This document shows positions 10,119 to 18,823 of a stretch of 43,802 nucleotides of DNA, piece after piece (within the stretch, counting starts at the first letter, position 1; every line of letters starts with the position of its first letter). Under the pieces are notes generated by a model. That model worked only from the letters and a program-made list of their open reading frames with translations. It made no database searches and was not told the DNA's origin. A program made the translations under genes and the position numbers. This DNA comes from Alphaproteobacteria bacterium (GTDB taxonomy: Bacteria > Pseudomonadota > Alphaproteobacteria > Bin95): NCBI GenBank assembly GCA_022821735.1, contig JAJECZ010000212.1, positions 1 to 43,802 on the forward strand, in the 5' to 3' direction.

Positions 10119-10687
10119 ACCGCAGGGACGCGGTGCGCCGGCTGCTGGCGGACCGGGGCGACATGCTGGTGGTCGCGGGGCTCGGCCAGCCCTGCTTCGA
10201 CTGTTTCGCGGCCGGCGACGACCCGCGCAACTTCTATCTCTGGGGCGCGATGGGCGGGGCCGTGCCGGCGGGCCTCGGGATCGCGCTTGCGCAGCCGGAG
10301 CGCCGGGTGCTGGTGGTCACGGGCGACGGCGACGCTCTGATGAGCGCGGGCGCGTTCGCCACCGTCGGGGCCGAGGCGCCGGAGAACCTCGCGATCTGCA
10401 TTCTCGACAATGAGCGCTATGGCGAGACCGGCGGGCAGGTGACGCACACCGCGCGCGGCGCCGACCTGGCGGCGATGGCGGCGGCGGGCGGCGTCCGCAA
10501 GGCCCGGACCGTGCGCACGGAAGCGGAGCTGGCGGACGCCGTCAGCGCGCTCCGGTCCGGCGCGGGGCCGATGGTCGCGGTCGTCAAGGTCGCGCCCGAA
10601 AGCGAGCCTGGCGCGCTGCCGCCCCAGGACGGCCCGCACCTCAAGCGCCGCTTCCGCGCCGCTGCGCTCGGCGTCGAGGACAAGTAA
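10112..10687 (+). CDS. TPP-dependent decarboxylase, beta subunit
   Basis: Its start overlaps the alpha-subunit stop. TPP-binding motif: VTGDGDALMSAGAFATVG...NLAICILDNERYGETGGQ. Confidence 0.65.
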   Translation: MLNRRDAVRRLLADRGDMLVVAGLGQPCFDCFAAGDDPRNFYLWGAMGGAVPAGLGIALAQPERRVLVVTGDGDALMSAGAFATVGAEAPENLAICILDNERYGETGGQVTHTARGADLAAMAAAGGVRKARTVRTEAELADAVSALRSGAGPMVAVVKVAPESEPGALPPQDGPHLKRRFRAAALGVEDK

Positions 10688-10694
10688 GGCGCGC

Positions 10695-11069
10695 ATGACC
10701 GGACTGCCTGCCGAGTTCCACCCGGCCATCGGCCGCGACGCGGGGAGGGTGGCGGGTCTTTCGCGGGAGGCCGACGGCTCGATCTGTGCGGTCTGGCTGG
10801 CGGCGATCGGCGGGCTCGCGCTGGCGTTCCTGCTGTTCTTCGAGCCGGCCGGACTCGCGGCGTGGATGATCTACGCCAATGCGGGCGGGCTCGCGCTCTG
10901 CGCGCTGGTTGCGCTCGGGCGCTATCTCGGCTGCACCCTCCGGACGCGCAGGATCGCCGCCGCCTGGAAGCGGCTGGGCGTCATCTTCCTGCCGGGGTCC
11001 GAAGGGCTTGTCGAATATGACGGCGCGGTCCACGATCCGGCGCCGCCGCCGGAGCGCGGGGACGGGTAG
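10695..11069 (+). CDS. Hypothetical membrane protein
   Basis: 124-aa ORF with two hydrophobic segments and GC-rich third codon positions. I recognise no family. Confidence 0.35.
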   Translation: MTGLPAEFHPAIGRDAGRVAGLSREADGSICAVWLAAIGGLALAFLLFFEPAGLAAWMIYANAGGLALCALVALGRYLGCTLRTRRIAAAWKRLGVIFLPGSEGLVEYDGAVHDPAPPPERGDG

Positions 11070-11092
11070 AACGGCACCGGGGAGAGAGGGGC

Positions 11093-11854
11093 ATGGCAAG
11101 GCTTGCAGGCAAGGTCGCGGTCATCACGGGGGCGACGGGGGGCATCGGCGCGGCGGCCTCGCGGCTGTTCGCGGCGGAAGGCGCGGCGCTGATGCTGGTC
11201 GATATGGACGCGGGCCGGCTGGAAGCGCTGGCCGGCGAGACCGGCGCGGCCTGGCACGCGGGCGACGTGTCCGAGCCGGAGGTGAACGAAGCGGTCGCGG
11301 CGGCAACCGCCGAGCGCTTCGGCGGCATCGACATCGGGCTCCTGAACGCCGGCATCGAAGGCGCGCTCGCGCCCATCGGCGACTACACGGTCGAGATGTT
11401 CGACCGCGTCATGGCGGTCAATACGCGCGGGGTCTGGCTCGGCCTCAAGGCGCTGATGCCGCATCTGGAGCGGCGCGGCGGCGGCTCGCTGGTGCTGACC
11501 TCATCGACCGCCGGCATCCGCGCCGTCCCGGACATGTCCGCCTATACCGCCTCCAAGCATGCCGTGATCGGGCTCATGCGCTCGGCCGCCATCGAGGGGT
11601 CGGCGTCGAACATCCGCGTCAACACGGTCAATCCCTCGCCCATCGACACGCGCATGATCCAGAGCCTGGAGGTCATGCACGGCGTCGCGGGCTCGGGCTC
11701 GAACCAGCCGCTCGCCGGCGCGACGCCGCTGCGCCGCTACGGCGAGCCGGAGGAGGTAGCCCGGCTGATGCTGTTCCTCGCCAGCGATGAGTCCAGCTTC
11801 TGCACCGGCGGCGTCTACATGGTCGACGGCGGCGTCTCCGCCGGACGGCTGTAG
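11093..11854 (+). CDS. SDR family oxidoreductase
   Basis: TGATGGIG cofactor motif, NAG, and the catalytic YTASKHAV (YxxxK). Confidence 0.9.
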   Translation: MARLAGKVAVITGATGGIGAAASRLFAAEGAALMLVDMDAGRLEALAGETGAAWHAGDVSEPEVNEAVAAATAERFGGIDIGLLNAGIEGALAPIGDYTVEMFDRVMAVNTRGVWLGLKALMPHLERRGGGSLVLTSSTAGIRAVPDMSAYTASKHAVIGLMRSAAIEGSASNIRVNTVNPSPIDTRMIQSLEVMHGVAGSGSNQPLAGATPLRRYGEPEEVARLMLFLASDESSFCTGGVYMVDGGVSAGRL

Positions 11855-11871
11855 GGCGGGCCGGGCGGCCG

Positions 11872-12690
11872 TCAGAAGGTCGTCCGCACGCCGATCTCGA
11901 ACAGGTGCGCCCGGAATTCGGTCTTCACCTCGATGCTGTTGCCAAGGGCGTTCCTGCCGCTGAACTCGAAGTCCCGCGCGGTCTGCAGGCGGTAGCCGAA
12001 CTGGAGCGTGGTCCTGTCGTTGAGCCGGTAGCCCACTCCGGCGCCGATATGCCAGGCGAACTGCGTGTCGCTCGACGAAATCGACGGGACGAAGCCCGGG
12101 GGCAGTGTCGGCGCCTGTCGTCCTTGTAGCCCAGCGAGATAGTCTGCAACCTCCTGCGTCAGCTTATTGTCGTCGTATTCAACGCCGCCCTGGTCTATCC
12201 GGATGAAGCCGGCGCCGCCGCCGATATAGGGCGTCCAGTCGGAGCCCGTCGGGATGTCGAACCAGACATTCGCCAACGCGCCGGCCTGCTCGGCGCTGCC
12301 CGAAACCGGGATATCCACCTTGATAGGGATCGAGTTCGGCCCCGAGACGATACTGCCGTAGGTCTGCCTGTCCACTTTGGCGCGCGAGAGAAACAGCTCG
12401 CCCTCGACGCGCAGGCCGCCGCGGAGCCTGTAGCCCACCATGCCGGCGACCTTGAACCCCGCATCGTATTCGGAAGCGGCTCTCCCGCTGTAAGGGGTGG
12501 CGACGGGGGTGCCCGGAGGCACGAAATTTTCGCCTGTCACTTCGGATTCCGCATCGTCGACCGACATGACCGAGACCTGGACGCCCAGATACCACGGCGA
12601 GTCGGCCGCCTGCGCGCCGGCCGGGACGGCGAGCGGCGCAAGGGCTGCGGCGGCAAGAATTGCAGTGGCCCGGAAGGCGGGTTTGTCCAT
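11872..12690 (-). CDS. Outer-membrane beta-barrel protein (Omp25/OmpA-like barrel family)
   Basis: Signal peptide (MDKPAFRATAILAAAALAPLAVPAGAQA), alternating beta-strand pattern and a C-terminal aromatic residue (..FEIGVRTTF). Confidence 0.8.
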   Translation of the reverse strand: MDKPAFRATAILAAAALAPLAVPAGAQAADSPWYLGVQVSVMSVDDAESEVTGENFVPPGTPVATPYSGRAASEYDAGFKVAGMVGYRLRGGLRVEGELFLSRAKVDRQTYGSIVSGPNSIPIKVDIPVSGSAEQAGALANVWFDIPTGSDWTPYIGGGAGFIRIDQGGVEYDDNKLTQEVADYLAGLQGRQAPTLPPGFVPSISSSDTQFAWHIGAGVGYRLNDRTTLQFGYRLQTARDFEFSGRNALGNSIEVKTEFRAHLFEIGVRTTF

Positions 12691-12781
12691 GCGGTTTATA
12701 TGCATTCCCGTATTCACCACCACACCCAGCGGTCAACCTCACGGGAACTTTGGAGGCATTAGACCGGCTGGAATCAAACAG

Positions 12782-13317
12782 TCAATAGGGCACGGCAAAG
12801 AAAAAGGGAGGTAGCGCCAAACTACCTCCCAGTTCCTTGCCCGCCTTAGCGGGCTGAGCTCCGATCCCCACAAGTGACGAACTCACCAAGTGGATCGACT
12901 TGGTCCCCGAAGAGACCTTTCGCACCCTAACACTGTCGCGGAAGGTAACGGGCCGACTCGGCCCGGTCAAGGGGAAACCGAGAAAAAAGTGGGGGTCGAA
13001 GCATGACACCGCCGGCGACCGGAAAACATGAAAGATCAAGATCTTGACACTGGTTGCATCCCATCCCGTAGCCCCAACCCTGTCGGAATGACGGTCGATT
13101 GCGGTCCAGTCACGATCTTCCCCGGTCTTCCCCGTAGCCGGCCCTGGCTCACCGTCATCGGCGGCGGACTTTCCGTTCCCCGCCGCGACCGCCTCAGGCG
13201 CGCTCTCCTCCGGGATATCCTCTCCGTTCCCAAGCGCGGCCGCCTCGTCTGCCAGGTCGTCGTCAAGATCGCCCGGCACGACCAGTCCTTCAGGCCCCGT
13301 CCCCACTTGTTGAGACA
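12782..13317 (-). CDS. Hypothetical acidic protein (3' boundary uncertain)
   Basis: The ATG at 13317 is preceded by GGAGG at good spacing. The first ~90 codons (MSQQVGTGPEGLVVPGDLDDDLADEAAALGNGEDIPEESAPE...) have coding-like GC3. The remainder of the open frame runs through hairpins and the terminator and looks non-coding. Confidence 0.3.
12798..12830 (-). terminator. Rho-independent terminator (reverse strand)
   Basis: Perfect 9-bp stem gggaggtag/ctacctccc with a 7-nt loop (12806-12830). On the reverse strand it is followed by a T-run (A-run 12801-12805 on +). Confidence 0.6.
12831..13040 (-). ncRNA. Candidate structured RNA or highly structured 3' UTR (unclassified)
   Basis: There is a chain of tight hairpins upstream of the terminator. 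They are gcccgc-UAA-gcgggc (12839-12854), a 4-bp stem (12873-12885), caagu/acuug (12887-12902), ggucuc-UUCG-gggacc (12902-12917) and gggccg-AGU-cggccc (12950-12964). Third-position GC drops here, although an ORF stays open. Confidence 0.25.
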
Positions 13318-13502
13318 TTCCGTCTACCTCCGAATGGCAGTGATATCGCTTTCCCTGAACCTTACTTTCTATACCCGACGGCCCCGGTCCGCACGGCGAC
13401 CCCGCTCTCGACGCCATACTCCGATGGAACGATGCACCCGGACGCACCATCGACCACGTCCGGCGCCTGGCCGCGGACGTCGTCACCCGCTGCAGGGCCG
13501 CC

Positions 13503-13739
13503 ATGCCGATCAACCTCACCGGCCGGCGCATCTTCACCTCGGACCGCTCCCAGGGCGGCACCGTCATCGAGACCAGCCGCGGCGTCGAACTCAAGATCAA
13601 ATGGGACGACGAGGACGAACCCGTCTGGTGGGACATCGACGAATTCGAAGGCGATCAGGCCCTGCTCCTGCAGATCAGCGTCGATACCCTCGTACGCCTC
13701 GACCGTCGCAGCGTTTTCCCCTCCCGGAGCTCCCCGTGA
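13503..13739 (+). CDS. Hypothetical small protein (78 aa)
   Basis: Strong GC3 bias throughout. It is divergent from the 13317 gene. No family recognised. Confidence 0.45.
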   Translation: MPINLTGRRIFTSDRSQGGTVIETSRGVELKIKWDDEDEPVWWDIDEFEGDQALLLQISVDTLVRLDRRSVFPSRSSP

Positions 13740-13830
13740 CCTGACACCGCCGGCAACCATTCCCTCAACGCGAACCGCATCCCGATCCACACCGGATGAC
13801 CGTCCACACCGAAACTGCTAGGATTTCCAC

Positions 13831-14121
13831 ATGAGTCCCGAGATGATCACGATCATTGCCGTCGGCGTAGCGCTCGCAGGGCTGGTGCTGAAAGGCCAGC
13901 ACGGACTAGGCAAACGCGTCGACGAAATCCGCAAGGATACCGGTGAACTCCGCAAGGATATTGCCGGCCTCGACACTCGGCTTCGAGCGGTCGAAACCGG
14001 TTTGGCGGAGTTAAGAGGACGCTTCGACGGCATGGATGGCCAGCTTGTCTTCCTTCGCGACTACATCACAGGCCGGAATGAACGCGCTGGTGAGCCCGTC
14101 GAATCCGGGGCCGACGAATGA
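13831..14121 (+). CDS. Hypothetical small membrane-anchored coiled-coil protein (96 aa)
   Basis: N-terminal TM segment (MSPEMITIIAVGVALAGLVL) followed by a heptad-like region (RKDTGELRKDIAGLDTRLRAVETGLAELRGRF). Confidence 0.5.
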   Translation: MSPEMITIIAVGVALAGLVLKGQHGLGKRVDEIRKDTGELRKDIAGLDTRLRAVETGLAELRGRFDGMDGQLVFLRDYITGRNERAGEPVESGADE

Positions 14122-14180
14122 TTCGATGTCGCCTGAACACCCCGCTCGTGCTTCGGGACTCATAGTCGGGTCGACTACCG

Positions 14181-14495
14181 ATGAGCCCTGAAACGGCCGC
14201 GATCCTCGCCGGTGGCGTAGCCTTGGCCTGACTGATCCTGCAAGGCCTACGCGGCGTCAACACCCGTCTCGACGAGCATGAAGCCCGCCTCGCCCTCGTG
14301 CGCCGCCGCACTCGAGAGGGCCTGCGTCTCCTGGTCGAGACCTTCCAGACCCAGCAGGCCGAGGGAGACTGCGAAGTTTCCGTTGTCCTCGCCCTCAACG
14401 GCGTTGCAGTCCAGGTCCAACGTACCCATCCGGTTACCGGGCAACAGCAGGTCTGGCAGGAGATCAGGGAAGACTCCGACCCCGCTGCCATGTAA
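14181..14495 (+). pseudogene. Paralog of the 13831 gene interrupted by an in-frame TGA
   Basis: MSPETAAILAGGVALA-TGA(14229-14231)-LILQGLRGVNTRLDEHEARL... stays in the same frame to the TAA at 14495. The N-terminus parallels MSPEMITIIAVGVALAGLVLKGQHGLGKRVDE. Confidence 0.4.
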
Positions 14496-14524
14496 TTTCA
14501 TTTCGGAAAGGAGCCAGCCTCCTC

Positions 14525-15085
14525 ATGCAAGCATTGAAACGGGACCGCCGCGCCGATTACCAGGACGTGCTGAATGCCCCCGCGCACATGGTCGCCGAGG
14601 TGATCGACGGCACGCTGCATACACAACCCCGACCCGCCATGCCTCACGCCTGGGCAAGCTCGGGATTGGGAGCACGTCTCAATCCGCCGTTCAACTACGG
14701 CGACGGAGGCCCAGGCGGTTGGTGGATCGTATTCGAGCCGGAGCTACACCTGGACGAGGACATCCTCGTACCCGATCTGGCCGGTTGGCGCCGGGAGCGG
14801 ATGCCGGACTATCCCGATACCGCTTACGTCACCCTCGCGCCGGACTGGGTCTGCGAAGTGCTCTCCCCCGGAACCCGCAGACTGGACCTGCACGAAAAGC
14901 GTCCGGTCTATGCCCGCGAAGGCGTCTCCTGGCTTTGGCTCGTCGACCCCGCCGATCGCACTCTCGAAGCGTTCGAGCTTCAGGAAGGTCACTGGCTGCT
15001 CATCGCGAGCGCAAAGGACGACGAGCCCGTGAACATCCGACCTTTCGACGCGATCACTTTCAGCTTAGGCGATCTCTGGCCCTGA
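14525..15085 (+). CDS. Uma2 family (DUF820) putative endonuclease
   Basis: Typical Uma2 layout: ..AEVIDGTLH..P.P...H..., then the PD-(D/E)xK-like core VPDLAGW...PDWVCEVLSPGTRRLDLHEKRPVYAREGV.WLWLVDP..RTLE. Confidence 0.85.
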   Translation: MQALKRDRRADYQDVLNAPAHMVAEVIDGTLHTQPRPAMPHAWASSGLGARLNPPFNYGDGGPGGWWIVFEPELHLDEDILVPDLAGWRRERMPDYPDTAYVTLAPDWVCEVLSPGTRRLDLHEKRPVYAREGVSWLWLVDPADRTLEAFELQEGHWLLIASAKDDEPVNIRPFDAITFSLGDLWP

Positions 15086-15300
15086 CAGGCAAGCACACGA
15101 CTGCCTGTCCGGCTTTCTCCACAAGCTCCTGCAACTCCCGATGGTGATGTGCGTTGCAAAGCGCTTGCTCCAACCCTGCCATCGGCCAATAGCAAGGCCA
15201 CGGAGTGGACGCCTCTCCCGAGGGCATCGCAATTTGTTGGCGGAATGTCTTTACTGTTGCTCGCTGCCACCGTCGCAGCCTGCGCGACCGACAAGAACCT

Positions 15301-15905
15301 CTACCGGACGTCTGGCGCGCCGCGCCCGCTCTCGGCAAAGCGCAAGGCGGCGCGCGTCGCCGCGCCGAAGAGCGCGAATCCGCCGATCAGCGCGTACATC
15401 GTCCCATCGAACCGCTGCCCGATGAGCATGCCGAGAGGAACCGAGACGAGGGTACCAAGCGATGCGACGACTGCCGCCCCCACGCCGGCGATGTGCCCGA
15501 GCGGGGTCATCGCAAGCGCCGTGAGGTTGCCGAAGAGAACCCCGACGCACATGAAGACGCCCGCGAGGTAAGCCATGAAGAGCCACAGCGGGGGGAGGCC
15601 ATCGAAGGCAACAGCGCCCGCCCACATGGCAAGCGACACCGCGGCGACGAGCGTCGAGGCCACCTTGCAGAGCATGCGCATTCCATGGCGCATCACCAGA
15701 CGCCGGTTTACAAGCAGAGCGATGCCTATCGCGAGTGCGAGGGAGGCGAAATACGCCGGAAACAGCACACCCGTGTCGTACGCCTGCTGGAAGATCTGCT
15801 GCGCGGAGCTCAGATACGCGATGAACGGCGCGAAGATGAGCCCGGAAGAGAGGGTGTAGCCGAGGGCGGCACGGATCCTCACGATCTCCGTCGACGGGAT
15901 AATCG
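15301..15905 (-). pseudogene. Truncated MFS (Bcr/CflA-type) transporter, C-terminal half only
   Basis: Only about six C-terminal TM segments are recognisable (..IRAALGYTLSSGLIFAPFIAYLSSAQQIFQQAY...LIGQRFDGT...). The upstream part of the 281-aa ORF is non-MFS and Arg-rich. Confidence 0.6.
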
Positions 15906-16192
15906 GGCTGTCGCCCGCGCGCGCTCGACGCTCAGTGCGACACGAGCCTCTCCGCGTCCCCGGAGCGGCCGGCTTGCAGGGCGGTGTCCCACGGCGAAGG
16001 CGCCGAAGCCCGGCAGGCGTAATGTCCCGTCGCCCCGCCAGCGCTTCCTCGATCGCGTCCAGCACGGCCATCAGCGTCGCATCGGCGTCTCTCCTGCCCG
16101 ACCCCGTGGCACCGTCGGCCAGCCCGGCGACCACCGAACGGTTCATTGCCTGTCTCCTTCAGGGTGTTTTCGTGTTGCCTGCCATCGCGCCG

Positions 16193-16400
16193 TCAGCCTG
16201 GGTTCCGCACCGTGCGCCCGAAACGCACAACCAATGCCCGCGGTAACGGGGCCGTGTTGACGACGATTTCCGTCGTCGTGCCGTCGGCAGGTTGCGCTCC
16301 GAAGGGACGCGAGAGCGCGAGCGTCTCGCTGCCCTCGTCATGCGCATCGTTCGGAACCGGCACCGCGACCGTCTTCTCCGTCTTGCCCGGCGCGAAATGC
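16193..16400 (-). pseudogene. Calx-beta domain fragment
   Basis: ..VHFAPGKTEKTVAVPVPNDAHDEGSETLALSRPFGAQPADGTTTEIVV.. matches the Calx-beta pattern (F.PGET.KTV.V.V.DD...E..E.F.L.LS.P.GA). There is no start, signal peptide or flanking domains. Confidence 0.35.
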
Positions 16401-16409
16401 ACCGCCCGC

Positions 16410-17573
16410 TCAGTCGCGTCCCTGGTCCTGCGTCCCCGGCAGGCTCGACAAGGCAAGGACCGCCTGCGCCACCTCGAATTGCCGCGATCCCCCAAGCTTG
16501 GCGAATATGTGCTTGAGGTGTGTGCGCACGGTGCTGTACCGGCGGCCGGTTGCCGTTGCGATTTGGCGCAGGGTCAGGCCTTGCGCAAGCATCGCCGCAA
16601 TCTCGGTCTCCGCCGGCGTGAGTCCCAGTATCGCCTTGACGAGATCCGGCTCGATGCGCGCCCGGCTCACCGGATCGGCGACCAGCACGAGGCCGGCCAC
16701 ACTACGGGAGCGATGACCCGCGTCCGCTTTCGACACCGGCTTTACGTGCAGCGCCAACTGGGGCAGCGACGGCTCTCGCTTCACCAGCATCGAGCCGCTC
16801 ACGCCCTGTCCGACAAGGAGAGGCAACGCCCCGCCCAGCAGCTTCTGGAGCCTTGCGTCGTCGTCCGGCCAGGTGGCGCGCAACGACTTGCCCTCGTCGG
16901 ACAGCCCGTCGTTTCGGCGAAGCAGGTCCCGCGCACTGTCGTTGGTCTCCACGATCCGCCCGCGCGGGTCCAACTGGATGACGCCCATGCGGGTGTTGGA
17001 GAGGAGCTCGATGGCCGACGCGCCGAGGGCATCCGCGTCCACGAGTGCGGAGCGGACGCGAACGTACTGGCGCAGGTGGGGAAGAACCCGCGCGACCATG
17101 TCGACTCGCGAAGTGGTCCAGCCGCTCGAGTCAACCGGGTTCGCAATTCCCCACAGGATGCGCGAACCGTCGGGTCCGTCGAGGCGCACGCTCAGGCCGT
17201 TGTCGTACTCGAAACGCGGCGCTGACTCGTTGTAGGCAATCGACGTCCTGCGCTCTTCCTCGCTGAACAGATCGGCGAAGCGATCGATTTTGCCGACCGG
17301 GAGCTGCCTCCATCGCGGGAGACTTTCGTCTTCCGGATAGTAGGTTCGAAAGTACTCTTCGAGCCACGCTCCGCGGTCTTCTCCACGATAGTAGGTTTTT
17401 GCGAAGAATAATCGGATGTTGTCCGCGGGGAACCCGTCCTCGAACGTCAGCAAGTTGCCCCTTGCCCCGCAGGCCTCGTCGATGAGCGCGGCAGCGTGCG
17501 GCCAGCGGGCGTCGTCCAGCATAGCCTCGTTGAGCGTTTCCACAATCCGTTCGAATGCGTCCCGCTCTCCCAT
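16410..17573 (-). CDS. LuxR-family transcriptional regulator
   Basis: C-terminal LuxR HTH (LTPAETEIAAMLAQGLTLRQIATATGRRYSTVRTHLKHIFAKLG). The start is taken at the internal ATG (MGERDAFERIVETLNEAMLDD...), because the extended N-terminus is Arg/Gly junk. Confidence 0.8.
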   Translation of the reverse strand: MGERDAFERIVETLNEAMLDDARWPHAAALIDEACGARGNLLTFEDGFPADNIRLFFAKTYYRGEDRGAWLEEYFRTYYPEDESLPRWRQLPVGKIDRFADLFSEEERRTSIAYNESAPRFEYDNGLSVRLDGPDGSRILWGIANPVDSSGWTTSRVDMVARVLPHLRQYVRVRSALVDADALGASAIELLSNTRMGVIQLDPRGRIVETNDSARDLLRRNDGLSDEGKSLRATWPDDDARLQKLLGGALPLLVGQGVSGSMLVKREPSLPQLALHVKPVSKADAGHRSRSVAGLVLVADPVSRARIEPDLVKAILGLTPAETEIAAMLAQGLTLRQIATATGRRYSTVRTHLKHIFAKLGGSRQFEVAQAVLALSSLPGTQDQGRD

Positions 17574-17732
17574 TTCACGCGCGCGCCATCGATATCGTCG
17601 TCTTGATCCGCCCCCTCCGATTCTGCTCCAATGCTGACCTTGGCGCCTGTACGACACCACGGTGGCGGCGCCACCCGGTGCGGACAGGCAAGGTCCGTGG
17701 ACATGATTCGCGATCCAATGCCATCTGCGTTA

Positions 17733-17800
17733 TCCTCAATTGCGGTAAATCAGATGCGGGAAATGCATATGTCCCGCAATCCGCCAATTGGGGGAGACGG
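17733..17800. promoter_or_regulatory. Nested palindromes with two CAATTG cores upstream of the LuxR gene
   Basis: tcctcaattgcgg (17733-17745) ... gcggga-aatgcatatg-tcccgc ... cgccaattgggggagacgg (17782-17800). This lies 160-230 nt upstream of the LuxR start at 17573. Confidence 0.3.
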
Positions 17801-18446
17801 CATGCGTCTCGTCGCTGCGGTGTGCTATCCTGCGGCCCGCCGACGATCCGCCTGAGCGCCTGTTGCGTCTCCTTCCTCCCTCCCGGAACTGCGGCGTGGA
17901 AACGCGCCGTGACGCCGCTCAGGGGGTTCCGGTCAGCCGACAACGCTGGCCTCGTGTTTCTACATGTCCTTCGCTCTCGCCGCGCGTCGCCCTGCACCCG
18001 TGCGCTGCGTGCCGTGTCGGGGTCGGCCCGGACGCACTCTGTGGGCAAGCCGTCCGCTCGGGGAAGAAATTGCGCTAAGCGGCATCGCGGCGCGCCTCGC
18101 GGCACTTGCCCCGCCCCGGGGCGACGGTTCCTTGTTTGCCGGGCGTCGCGTGGTTGCCGCGCGCGCCAAGACCCGACGTGAGATCCGCCCGGGATCGGGT
18201 GTAGCGGGGCCGGCAGCGGGAGGAGAGTGGCACCGGCTGACGCCCGTGCCGCGCCTGAGCCTTGCCGCCCGGGAGGGATGCCCCGCGGTGGGAAGCGCCC
18301 CGGCGGGCAAGACGCCTGACGGTCGAGCGGTTCGGAACGAGCAGGACGGCCCGGCCTTCCCGGCGTTCACGGTCTCCAGCACTTCCGGCGAGCGACCGGT
18401 TTTGGACGGCGCCCGAGCGGCATATCCGGCCGCAACTTATTTGCCG

Positions 18447-18472
18447 ATCTACATCAACTGGGGGACGCGCGG
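18447..18472 (-). repeat. IS-end-like repeat copy (degenerate)
   Basis: atctacatcaactgggggacgcgcgg. Compare atctaccccaactggggggcggca at 31692. It lies about 350 nt upstream of the Cys-rich gene at 18824. Confidence 0.5.
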
Positions 18473-18823
18473 ACTCGCCCGACTCGCCTAGCCTCCCCGC
18501 GAAGAGGAGGAAACGCGGGCGGTGAGGAACGTGTCGTGCATCGTTACAACGGCCGCGAGCCTGTTCCCGTCATTTCTTTCGGCGCGGGCAAGGGCGACGC
18601 GGACTTGTCCGGGGAGCGGAGTCCTTCGCGCGCGGCGGTCCGCCGGGGCTTCCGCGCCGCCGCCAGAATTCCGCCGGCCTTCGCCGCATTCTGCGCGGCT
18701 GTCCTTCGGGCGCAACCCGACAGCCGGGTCGGCAACGGACGATACGGCCTGATGGGGCCGCTTCCTGGAACACCGCCTCGGCACCTTCCGATACCGACAC
18801 CGAAAAGGTGAGGAGATCCGACG

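Noticed and set aside
12691-12800. Looked for a tRNA or tmRNA gene, or direct repeats, marking an integration site at the core/accessory junction.
   Set aside because: No cloverleaf-compatible sequence, no T-loop (GTTCGAATC-like) motif and no integrase gene was visible. The boundary mechanism remains unknown.
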